From Candidatus Krumholzibacteriia bacterium (lineage in GTDB: Bacteria > Krumholzibacteriota > Krumholzibacteriia > LZORAL124-64-63): a stretch of DNA of 64,000 nucleotides. The position numbers and the translations under genes were made by a program. Below, piece by piece: positions 8,741 through 17,301 of the stretch. Within the stretch, counting starts at the first letter, position 1; each line of letters starts with the position of its first letter. The notes beneath the pieces were generated by a model. It was given only the letters and a program-made list of their open reading frames with translations. It was not told the DNA's origin and made no database searches. The stretch spans positions 96,001-160,000 of the forward strand of contig JBFXKG010000007.1 of the NCBI GenBank assembly GCA_050174015.1. The letters are read 5' to 3'.

Positions 8741-10282
8741 ATGGGGATCCTGAAGATCGGCCCTGCGGTCACGGACGCCCGCAGGTTGTTGCCCCGACCA
8801 TGGAGAAGCCTCCCTTTGAGCCCCTCCCGCACCTCCCGGAAATCCCGAAAGACCCAGGGGACCCGGCCGGTGGTCTGGTTCGCCGGCATCGGCCTGGCGG
8901 CCGTGCTGGTGATCGCCGGTATCGGCGCGCTGAAGTGGGCCGAGACCGAACCGGGTCAGGCGGCCCTGCTGACCCTGGGTTCGGACAAGATGTACGCCGA
9001 GGTCCAGACCACGGTCGAGCAGACGCTCAAGCTCGTTCTGCCGTCCCTGGACGTGGGGCCGGGGCCAGTCCTGCAGGACGGCGGTCTGGCTCCCGGCAGT
9101 GACGGCGACTGGGCCGCGCCCCAGCTGGGACCGGGCGCGGCCATCCGCTGCCGGACGGTGCCCGTGCAGGGCGGGGCGCCCTACTGGGTCATCCAGCGGA
9201 ACCTCGCGGCGGCGCTGGAGGCCATCGGCGCCCGCATCCTGTGGTGCGAGCGGATCTACCCCGCCAGGCCCGGACCCGAACAGATGGCGACCAACGACCA
9301 GCTCGACCTGATCCGGCTGGACGTGGGAGTGCCGGGCCGGCCGACGCACACCCTGGTGCTGCACCGGGAAGACCGGTCCCCGGGAATCCGCTGGGGCGCC
9401 GATCGGGGCCGCACCACCTGGCAGGTTTTTGCCGCCGAATCCGAGCCGACCCTGGCCCTGGTGATCGACGACTGGGGCAACAACAAGAGCGACGCGGCCC
9501 GGGCCATCCTGGCCCTGGACGCCCCGCTGACTCTGGCTGTCCTGCCGGGCCGGCCGTTCAGCCGGGAGTTCGCCCTCAACCGCACCGAGCTGGTGCTGCC
9601 GGCGGAACCGGAGGGCGATCGCCACGAACCGCCCGCCGACGCAAAGGACGATCCGGTGCGCGGACGCCTGGCCGCAGGCTGTCCCGTCGAGGTGGCCCTG
9701 GGCCGCAAGGCGCAACCCATCCCCGGCAGGAGGCGCGAGGTCCTCCTTCACCTGCCCATGGAGCCCGAGGGCTATCCCGACCCGGACCCCGGCGCCGGGG
9801 CCCTGATGGTGGGAATGGATCAGGAGGCCATCGCCGCGCTCATCGACGGCCACCGCAAGGCCCTGCCCATGGTCACCGGGGTCAACAACCACATGGGCAG
9901 CGCGGCCACGGCCGACGAGGCCACCATGCAGGCCCTGATGACCGTGCTCCGGGAGAGGGACCTCTTCTTCCTCGACAGCGTGACGACCTCGAAATCGGTG
10001 GCTGCGGCAGCCGCGGCCCGGGAAGGGATCCCCGTCCTGAGCAACCGGCTCTTCCTCGACTACGACAGCGAGGACTCGGGCCGGATCAAGGCCAACCTCG
10101 ACCGCCTCGTGGAAGCCGCCCGGGCCACGGGGTTCGCCGTGGGCATCGGCCATCCCTATCCCGCCACGGCCGAGGTCCTGAGGCGGGAACTGCCCCGCCT
10201 CGAGGCCGCCGGCGTCCGCCTGGTCACCGTGTCGGAGCTGCTGGCTCTCAAGCAGGAGGCCGATAAGGCGAGGCCGCGGTGA
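8741..10282 (+). CDS. Divergent polysaccharide deacetylase (YibQ family) with N-terminal membrane anchor
   Basis: LALVIDDWG, LTLAVLP, EVLLHLPMEP, GVNNHMGS, FFLDSVT, FLD, AVGIGHP motifs; start codon uncertain. Confidence 0.85.
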   Translation: MGILKIGPAVTDARRLLPRPWRSLPLSPSRTSRKSRKTQGTRPVVWFAGIGLAAVLVIAGIGALKWAETEPGQAALLTLGSDKMYAEVQTTVEQTLKLVLPSLDVGPGPVLQDGGLAPGSDGDWAAPQLGPGAAIRCRTVPVQGGAPYWVIQRNLAAALEAIGARILWCERIYPARPGPEQMATNDQLDLIRLDVGVPGRPTHTLVLHREDRSPGIRWGADRGRTTWQVFAAESEPTLALVIDDWGNNKSDAARAILALDAPLTLAVLPGRPFSREFALNRTELVLPAEPEGDRHEPPADAKDDPVRGRLAAGCPVEVALGRKAQPIPGRRREVLLHLPMEPEGYPDPDPGAGALMVGMDQEAIAALIDGHRKALPMVTGVNNHMGSAATADEATMQALMTVLRERDLFFLDSVTTSKSVAAAAAAREGIPVLSNRLFLDYDSEDSGRIKANLDRLVEAARATGFAVGIGHPYPATAEVLRRELPRLEAAGVRLVTVSELLALKQEADKARPR

Positions 10283-11343
10283 GCGCCAGGGTCTACAAGC
10301 TCGCCTTCCAGCGGGCGGGGGACGGCCTGAGCCCACCGGATCCCGGGGCGGGGCTGGCCGATCTCGTCCGGAGGGTGGGGGCGCCACCCGGCGCGCCCCG
10401 GGGAGCGGCCTGGGGACTGAAGATCCGGCTGGCTCCCCCCGGCTTCGCGCCGGGGGTGCAGCCGTCGTGGCTGGCCGCCCTGGCTGCAAGCCTGGGCGCC
10501 GGGCCGGAATCCTTCGCCTGGGACTCCCTTTCCATCACCACCCGGGGGCTCGATACGCCCGCAGGTCTGCTGGCCCAGGCGGAGCGACAGGGCTACGCCG
10601 CGCCGGGTTCCGCCCTGGCGTTCCGGATCCCCGAAGCCGCCGGTCCCGGGCAGTCGTCCCCCGCCGGGGAAACGACGCAGCCTCCGGTCCTGGATCTGGC
10701 TCCGGCGGCCGCCCTGGCGACCCTGACCGCCATCCGTCCGCATCCCCACCTGGGGTTCTGGGGCGCGGTGGGCGATCTGGGCCTGGGCACGGCGTCCCGG
10801 GAGGCCAAGCTGGACCTGCACCGGGACATCCGGCCCCGGGTCGACACCCCGCTGTGCGCCGGCTGCGGGGCCTGCCTGAACGTCTGCCTTTTCGACGCCA
10901 TCGTCATCAAGGCCGGACGGGCCGTCATCGACCACGTCCGCTGCACCGGGTGCGGGGAGTGCATGAGCGTCTGCTTCATGGCCGGGATCGCCCCCGAGGC
11001 CGCCGCAGGAATCGGCCGGTTCCAGGCCGGGGTGGCTGCTGCGGCCGCGGCGGCGGCCGGCTCCTTCGCCGGCCGGACGTTCCACGCCGCCTTCCTGGTG
11101 GACATGGACCGCCACACCTCCGGCGCCGGGAAACGCACCCGCCCCCTCCTGGGAGACCTGGGGATCCTCGCTTCCCGGGATCCGGTGGCCCTCGACCAGG
11201 CGGTCTGGGACGAGATCACCCGGGCCTGCGGGGGCCCGCTGAAGACCTGGAGCGGTTACGCCCAGGACCCCGGCGTCCTCCTGGACGAGGCCGCGGCGGC
11301 GGGTCTGGGCTCCCGGGACTACCTGCTGGCCCCCGTTTCCTGA
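10279..11343 (+). CDS. DUF362-like iron-sulfur protein with 2x[4Fe-4S] ferredoxin domain
   Basis: CAGCGACLNVC and CTGCGECMSVC, DLGILASRDPVALDQA and GLGSRDY C-terminus typical of DUF362 proteins; N-terminal half looks divergent. Confidence 0.7.
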   Translation: MSARVYKLAFQRAGDGLSPPDPGAGLADLVRRVGAPPGAPRGAAWGLKIRLAPPGFAPGVQPSWLAALAASLGAGPESFAWDSLSITTRGLDTPAGLLAQAERQGYAAPGSALAFRIPEAAGPGQSSPAGETTQPPVLDLAPAAALATLTAIRPHPHLGFWGAVGDLGLGTASREAKLDLHRDIRPRVDTPLCAGCGACLNVCLFDAIVIKAGRAVIDHVRCTGCGECMSVCFMAGIAPEAAAGIGRFQAGVAAAAAAAAGSFAGRTFHAAFLVDMDRHTSGAGKRTRPLLGDLGILASRDPVALDQAVWDEITRACGGPLKTWSGYAQDPGVLLDEAAAAGLGSRDYLLAPVS

Positions 11344-11551
11344 TTTCGTCTGGTTTTCGCCGGCTGGAAATAACCCGGCAGGATCCGGCGAAATCCTGGT
11401 AAATGATCCGCCTGCGTATTATAATGTTAGCCGCAAAAATACGGGGGATCTGGATGCCCACGGCGCCTTGATTTCGAGCTGTGTCCCCCGCGAAACGATC
11501 AAGGCGTGTTTTTTTTTGACCCTCGTTCGGATGAATCCGGGGAGTTGAACC

Positions 11552-13309
11552 ATGAATCGATCCCTGCAGATCAGGGCCGGGTTGACCGTCGTCATCCTGC
11601 TGCTGTCCATCTACGGCCTGCTGCCCACCTTCAAGGCCCTGTCCATTTCCCCAGCCGAGCGTGAGGCCGCCAAGTCCGATCCCGTGCGCCTCGCGGAGAT
11701 CCAGAAGATCGACGCCCAGGCCATCCGGCGCGGGCTCGACCTGAAGGGCGGCATGTACCTCGTCCTGGAAGTGGACCAGACCGGCATGAACGCCGGCGAG
11801 GCCCAGGACGCCCTGATGCGGGTGAAGGAGATCCTCTACAACCGCATCGACAAGTTCGGCGTCTCCGAGCCGGAGATCACGACCTTCGGCAGCAGCCGGA
11901 TCGTGGTCAAGCTGCCCGGCCTGCAGGATCCCGAGCGCGCCAAGAACCTGCTGGGCACCACCGCCCAGCTGGAGTTCCGCATGGTGCGCCCCTCCGACGA
12001 CATCCAGGACGCCCTCGAGCGCATGGACCAGCTCTTCCTGGGTGAGGTCGTGGGCGCCGCCGTGGCCGAAGGCGAGGACGTCGCCGCGGAAGTCCCTGCA
12101 GAAGCTCCTGCCGAATCCCCCGCCGAGGCCCCCGCCGCCGACGAGACGGCGAGCGCCGAGGGGGACTCCGCCGCCGATCCCTTCGCCGAGCTGGACGATC
12201 TGCTGGCCGACGCCGGCGATGCGGACGCCCTGGATTCCGAGTTCCTCAAGGAACATCCCTTCAGCGGCCTGCTGGTGATGGCCCCGGGCACCTATGCCAG
12301 CACGCCCCTGTTCGTCTCCGAGGAGAACGTGGATCGGGTGCAGGCCATGCTGGACGACGAGCGCGTCCCGGCCCGCCTGCGCGGCGTCGAGTTCCAGCTG
12401 GACATGGATCCGGTGAACATGGGTCAGGGCCAGATGCTGCGCCCGCTCTACCTGGTCGATGCCGTACCCACGCTGACCGGCGACCAGCTCACCGACGCGG
12501 TGTCCATGGCGGACACCGAACGGCCCGGCTCCTGGATGGTCAACTTCACGTTGAACAGCCGGGGCGCCCGCACCTTCGCCAAGGTCACCGGCGAGAACGT
12601 GGGCCGCTTCCTGGCGATCAGCCTGGACGGTCGCATCTCCTCCGCCCCGGTGATCGAGGGCCGCATTCCCAGCGGTTCGGGCACCATCAGCGGCAGCTTC
12701 ACCAACTCGGAGGCCAGCGACCTGGCCCTGCTGCTGCGCGCCGGCGCCCTGCCCGCGGACGTCTACATCGCCGAGGAACGCACGGTCGGCCCCAGCCTGG
12801 GATCGGACTCCATCCGGATGGGCCTCAACGCCGCCCTGTACGGGTCGCTGATCGTGATCGCCTTCATCCTGCTCTACTACCGCATGAGCGGATTCATCGC
12901 GGTGGCCGCCCTGATCAGCAACATCCTGATCCTCATGGCGGTGCTGGCCCAGTTCGACCTGGTCCTCACGCTTCCGGGCATCGCGGGCATCATCCTGACG
13001 GTCGGCATGGCCGTCGATGCCAACGTGCTGATCAACGAGCGCATCCGCGAGGAGCTGCGGAAGGCCAAGACCATCCGCGCCTCGGTCCAGTCCGGCTACG
13101 CCAATGCGACCCGGACGATCGTCGACGCCAACGTGACCACCCTGATCGCCGGCGGCATCCTCCTGTGGTTCGGCACCGGGCCCATCAAGGGGTTCGCCGT
13201 GACCCTCAGCATCGGCATCCTCACCAGCGTGTTCACCGCGCTGGTCATGACCCGGGTGCTGATGGAGTGGTACACCAAGGGCAAGGGCAAGCAGAAGATG
13301 AGCATCTGA
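11552..13309 (+). CDS. secD: Protein translocase subunit SecD
   Basis: GLDLKGG, RIDKFGVSEP, ERTVGPSLGSDSI, LTLPGIAGIILTVGMAVDANVLINERIREE, GPIKGFAVTL. Confidence 0.97.
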   Translation: MNRSLQIRAGLTVVILLLSIYGLLPTFKALSISPAEREAAKSDPVRLAEIQKIDAQAIRRGLDLKGGMYLVLEVDQTGMNAGEAQDALMRVKEILYNRIDKFGVSEPEITTFGSSRIVVKLPGLQDPERAKNLLGTTAQLEFRMVRPSDDIQDALERMDQLFLGEVVGAAVAEGEDVAAEVPAEAPAESPAEAPAADETASAEGDSAADPFAELDDLLADAGDADALDSEFLKEHPFSGLLVMAPGTYASTPLFVSEENVDRVQAMLDDERVPARLRGVEFQLDMDPVNMGQGQMLRPLYLVDAVPTLTGDQLTDAVSMADTERPGSWMVNFTLNSRGARTFAKVTGENVGRFLAISLDGRISSAPVIEGRIPSGSGTISGSFTNSEASDLALLLRAGALPADVYIAEERTVGPSLGSDSIRMGLNAALYGSLIVIAFILLYYRMSGFIAVAALISNILILMAVLAQFDLVLTLPGIAGIILTVGMAVDANVLINERIREELRKAKTIRASVQSGYANATRTIVDANVTTLIAGGILLWFGTGPIKGFAVTLSIGILTSVFTALVMTRVLMEWYTKGKGKQKMSI

Positions 13310-13403
13310 TCCCCCCGCGGGTCGGTCGCGGTCTTGACGGACGTGAAAGCACCCTCATGGGTTTTGAACCGGGACGGCAGAGCCCGGGAAAGGTAAGACG
13401 GTC

Positions 13404-14330
13404 ATGGAGTTCTTCAGGAATCCCAACATCAACTTCGTCGGCGCCATGAAGGCCGCCTTCACCGTTTCGGCGATCCTGGTCGTGGTCAGCGCGGTGTTGA
13501 TGATCATCCACGGCGGGCCCCGCCTGAGCATCGACTTCACCGGCGGATCGGTCCTGCAGGTGAGGATCGCTCCCCAACCGGGGGTCGGGGACATCCGGTC
13601 GGCCCTGGAGCAGAAAGGCTACAGCGGCGTCCAGGTCACGGAGTTCGGTTCGGACGACGAGTTCCTCATCACCTTCCCCAACGCTTCCGAGGGCGAGACC
13701 AACCTCGATGCGGCCCAGGCCCTGCTGACAGACCTGCGGGCCGGCCTGGCGGGCCGGGAGATCGAACTGCGCCGGGAAGAGAGCGTCGGGCCCAAGATCG
13801 GCGGCGAGTTGCGCACCGCGGCCGTCAACTCGGTGGTGGCGGCTCTGGCCCTCATCGTGCTCTACATCACGGTCCGGTTCGTGTTCCGGTACGGGATCGC
13901 GGCGATCATCGCCCTGATCCACGACGTGACCCTGACCCTCGGGGTGTTCAGTCTGATGGACTTCGAGGTCAGCCTGCAGATCATCGCCGCTTTCCTCACG
14001 ATCATCGGCTACTCGTTGAACGACACCATCGTGGTGTTCGACCGCATCCGGGAGAACATGAAGCTGCGCCGCAAGGAGAGCTACCGCGACGTCATCAACC
14101 GATCCATCAACGAGTGCCTCAGCCGCACGGTGCTGACCTCCTTGACCACCCTCTTCGTGGCGGCGACCCTGTACGCCATGGGCGGGCCCGTGATCCACGA
14201 CTTCGCCTTCGCCCTGGTGTTCGGCGTGGTGGTGGGGACCTACAGCTCGATGTTCATCGCCAGCCCCGTGCTGGTGTGGTGGTACGAGCGCCGGATCGCC
14301 GACAAGAAGCGCACGGCCTCGGACATGTGA
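13404..14330 (+). CDS. secF: Protein translocase subunit SecF
   Basis: IDFTGG, VGPKIGGEL, LIHDV, IGYSLNDTIVVFDRIREN, GTYSSMFIASP. Confidence 0.97.
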   Translation: MEFFRNPNINFVGAMKAAFTVSAILVVVSAVLMIIHGGPRLSIDFTGGSVLQVRIAPQPGVGDIRSALEQKGYSGVQVTEFGSDDEFLITFPNASEGETNLDAAQALLTDLRAGLAGREIELRREESVGPKIGGELRTAAVNSVVAALALIVLYITVRFVFRYGIAAIIALIHDVTLTLGVFSLMDFEVSLQIIAAFLTIIGYSLNDTIVVFDRIRENMKLRRKESYRDVINRSINECLSRTVLTSLTTLFVAATLYAMGGPVIHDFAFALVFGVVVGTYSSMFIASPVLVWWYERRIADKKRTASDM

Positions 14331-14359
14331 TCCTCGCCGACATCTGCGATGGAAAGACC

Positions 14360-14388
14360 AAGGAGCCCCGCCTCAGGCGGGGCTCCTT
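14360..14388. terminator. Hairpin between convergent genes (likely bidirectional terminator)
   Basis: AAGGAGCCCCGCC-TCA-GGCGGGGCTCCTT perfect 13-bp stem between secF and the convergent cytochrome gene. Confidence 0.75.
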
Positions 14389-14415
14389 CCGTAAGTCCGG
14401 GAATCCGAATCCGAA

Positions 14416-15507
14416 TCAATTGGCGTGGCAGGCCACGCAGGCCTGGCCATGGCCATGGTTCTGGTTGTGGCACTTCCGGCACAGCTGGCTCTGGTTCCCG
14501 CCGGAATAGGGACTCGGCAGGGGGTATGATCCTGAAACCAGGCCGTCCTGGGAGATGTCGTTCACGTAGAAGTCCCAGCGGCCGCCCTCGCGGGCCGAGG
14601 AGCCATGCGCCCGGTGGCAGGTCAGGCACATGATCCGGCTGGTGGACAGGGGGCCGGCGGTGTTGCCGACGGTCATGGCCGGGTCCTCGAAAGCCACCTC
14701 GGGGATGTAGGAGGACGCCGCAGTGCCCCCGCCGGGGCTGGAGGCGCCGGCGTAGCGGTTGTACTGGTTGATCTCCCCGCTTTCCAGGAAGTCGTCCGTC
14801 GGATGTTCGAAATCGACGTGGCCGTCCTCGAGGAGGTAGTTGCCGTGGCAGTTGGCGCACCACCGGGACATCCCGCTGCGATAGGCCGTGTGGTTGTCCA
14901 CGGCTTCCCGGGAGGTCGGCGAACAGCAATCGACGCCCACGGCCTCGGGTGCGGGGTAGAAGAAGGTGAACTCGCCCCCCTGGATGGGACCGGCGCCGTG
15001 GAGCATCCGGAAGTTCCGGTTGCCGTGGGGGTCGTGGCAGCTCGTGCACTCCAGGCGGTCGGACGGGAAGTTGCCTCCCGGGGAGTAGAGCCGGTCGGGA
15101 TCCCGGACCAGCCCGAAGGTGGGGGCGATGACGCTGTGGCCGGACGCGTGCCCGCCGACGGGATTCGTCAGGCCGTCGGGGGCGTCGTTGACGTTGTCCT
15201 CCAGCTGGAAGGTGAAGTTGCCGGCGCCGCGTTCGGGCGGGGGACCGAGGGGATTGGGGCCCATGACCCCGTCGGCCCCGCCATGGCAGATCAGGCAGAC
15301 GTCCGAGGCCGTGGGGGCCAGGAGCAGGGGACCATCGGTGACCCAGATGATCTGGCCGTCCTCGCTGGCATGCATGATGTGGCACCCGTTGCAGTTGCCG
15401 ACTCCCTGCTGGTGGAAGGCCCGGGCCGGGGCGCCGGCGGCGAAGCCGGCAAGGACGATCAGACAGACGATGAGGATACGTTTCCGGAATTGAAGTCTGG
15501 ATGGCAT
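14416..15507 (-). CDS. OmcS-family multiheme c-type cytochrome, 7 CxxCH
   Basis: Signal peptide ending ARA/FH; CNGCH, CLICH, CTSCH, CANCH, CLTCH, CRKCH, CVACH; OmcS-type blocks FH..GV..CxxCHxMH, SPGG.FP...L.CTSCHDPHG, GMSRWCANCH, CLTCHRAHGS; start taken at ATG 15507. Confidence 0.85.
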   Translation of the reverse strand: MPSRLQFRKRILIVCLIVLAGFAAGAPARAFHQQGVGNCNGCHIMHASEDGQIIWVTDGPLLLAPTASDVCLICHGGADGVMGPNPLGPPPERGAGNFTFQLEDNVNDAPDGLTNPVGGHASGHSVIAPTFGLVRDPDRLYSPGGNFPSDRLECTSCHDPHGNRNFRMLHGAGPIQGGEFTFFYPAPEAVGVDCCSPTSREAVDNHTAYRSGMSRWCANCHGNYLLEDGHVDFEHPTDDFLESGEINQYNRYAGASSPGGGTAASSYIPEVAFEDPAMTVGNTAGPLSTSRIMCLTCHRAHGSSAREGGRWDFYVNDISQDGLVSGSYPLPSPYSGGNQSQLCRKCHNQNHGHGQACVACHAN

Positions 15508-15818
15508 TCGGTCTGGACTCTCTTTCCCCCCGTGGGCGACCTGCGATCGGCCGGCGCCCCCATGATGACCTCTGGTCACGGCCTCGGCGGAAGAGCGCGT
15601 CCGCGACTCCCCCACCCGGCCTTGATGCCGAGGCTTTTCCCAAGGTGATTCCACGACAATCATATCAAATACCCGAGGTGAATCCCAGGATGAACCGCCA
15701 CGAACCATCGATCGGGCTGGGACAAACCAGCCCCGACCTGCCCGGGCGAAGTCGCCGTTCCGGTGATTCGGCTCTTAACCTTCGTACCTGAGAAACTTCG
15801 GACACCATCCAGCTTCGC

Positions 15819-17015
15819 TCACGCTTGCAGCGCGGTCCCCGAGGGGGAAGGGGATTCCTGGGGTCTCACCCCCGGCGCCGGCAGTCCCTGCGATCCCTGC
15901 GCCTGCATTCCCTGCGCCTTCTCGTGGACATGCCGGTGGCAGGCGCTGCACAGGGTGATCAGGTTGTCGGGCCTGTTCGTGCCGCCCCTAGCCCGCGGCT
16001 GGACGTGATGCACTTCCAAAAACCGCGAATTGGTGCAGCCGGGCCCCTGGCAACGGTGTCCGTCCCGGGCCAGCACCCGCCGGCGCACCCTGGGCGGGAT
16101 GGTCGCCGTGTTGCGCCCGGACCGGGGATCTTCGCTGCGGGAATCGCAGGTCACCCGTCCGGCGTCCCCCGGACCGAGGATCACATCCCCCCGGCTGGTC
16201 GAAGTCGAAAAACGGCCGCAATCGGGGCATTGGCGCACGTGAACCTGGAAAGAGGTCCCCCGGGGGACCCTCCGGGGCGCCGGTTTGGAGGTGCCCGCGG
16301 TGAGGTCGGCGGCCCCGGCGGTCGAGGGGGTGGCCTGGGCCTCGGCCTCGGTGTCGATCTGACCCCCGCCCAGGGCGTCCTCCAGCATCGAATCCAGCCC
16401 GGCGAGGATCCGCTCGACCCGATCTGCAATGGCCCCCGACTTGGTTAGCCTCTCCTGAAGGACCTCGAACCTGGCGAGCTGCTCGGGGGTCATCTCCAGG
16501 GACAACTTGACCGGGACGGCCGCGGCCAGCCGCCGCTCACGGGGGGCCGCCGGAATCAGTTTCCCCTGGCCGGGCGCCGTCTTCATGCCGGCGGCCTGGG
16601 CCCGGACCCTGGCGACGTCCTCCGCCAGCCGGCCCCTCGGGGTCGAGCAGGCCACCTTCACCCATTCCTTCTCGGTGGCCGGGGTGGCGACCTTGATGAT
16701 CTCGCGGGCCTTGGTGTAGCCGATCTTCCCGGTCTCCAGGGATTTTCTGATCTGCGGCAGGTCGTCCAGCTTGCGGGCCATGCGGACGAAATCCCCGGTC
16801 CTGGTCCGGGAGAAGCCAAGCTCCTTCTGGGCGTAGATCTGGATGGAGGCGAATCCGAGGTCCCGGTACAGACCGCGGGCCATGACGTCGGCGAACCAGA
16901 GGACGGCGCAGTGGCGGGCCTGGTCCATGATCCGGACGGCCTGTTTGAGGGCGGCGTGGGCGGCGGCGGCCGGCTGGCCGGGCTGGAAGACGGGAAGGAC
17001 GGGGCTGGAAGGCAT
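15819..17015 (-). CDS. DUF222-like / HNH endonuclease
   Basis: C-terminal RRRVLARDGHRCQGPGC...LEVHHVQPRARGGTNRPDNLITLCSACH HNH motif; N-terminal LGFASIQIYA..LGFS...LPQIRKSLETGKIGYTKAREI DUF222-like region; AGGAG SD upstream of ATG 17015. Confidence 0.85.
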   Translation of the reverse strand: MPSSPVLPVFQPGQPAAAAHAALKQAVRIMDQARHCAVLWFADVMARGLYRDLGFASIQIYAQKELGFSRTRTGDFVRMARKLDDLPQIRKSLETGKIGYTKAREIIKVATPATEKEWVKVACSTPRGRLAEDVARVRAQAAGMKTAPGQGKLIPAAPRERRLAAAVPVKLSLEMTPEQLARFEVLQERLTKSGAIADRVERILAGLDSMLEDALGGGQIDTEAEAQATPSTAGAADLTAGTSKPAPRRVPRGTSFQVHVRQCPDCGRFSTSTSRGDVILGPGDAGRVTCDSRSEDPRSGRNTATIPPRVRRRVLARDGHRCQGPGCTNSRFLEVHHVQPRARGGTNRPDNLITLCSACHRHVHEKAQGMQAQGSQGLPAPGVRPQESPSPSGTALQA

Positions 17016-17055
17016 ACTTCTCCTCCTGGGAATCCGGGAGGAGTGGACTCGATAT

Positions 17056-17084
17056 ATTATAGCGAAAAAAAGGCGAAACAGCAA
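17056..17084 (-). promoter_or_regulatory. Putative sigma70 promoter of the HNH gene
   Basis: Minus strand TTGCTG, 17-nt spacer, TATAAT, about 40 nt upstream of the ATG. Confidence 0.6.
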
Positions 17085-17258
17085 GGGGAAAGTGGATACC
17101 GCCCTGGGAATTTCTGAAGAAATTTCGAGCCCGGCCACCCTGAGAACCAGGGAATCCCACCAGGAATCGGCCGGCCGGCTCCTGCGGGTCGAGGGATCAA
17201 ATGAACAGGCCCCGGAAGGAGATCCCCCGGGGCCGTATTCAACGAGTGCAGTCGGTCG

Positions 17259-17290
17259 CCTGCCGGAAGGGGCGAGCCCCTTCCGGCAGG
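17259..17290 (-). terminator. Strong hairpin just downstream of the omcS-like gene (terminator or 3' stabiliser)
   Basis: CCTGCCGGAAGGGG-CGAG-CCCCTTCCGGCAGG perfect 14-bp stem 11 nt after the stop; no clear U-tract. Confidence 0.6.
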
Positions 17291-17301
17291 GTCGGCAAGG
17301 C

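Noticed and set aside
12040..12240. Ala/Glu/Pro-rich repeat-like segment in secD as an insertion element
   Set aside because: In-frame low-complexity periplasmic linker with no intein or mobile-element signatures.
15930..15952. CSACH in the HNH protein as a heme-binding motif
   Set aside because: It is the Zn-binding end of the HNH fold, and the protein has no signal peptide.
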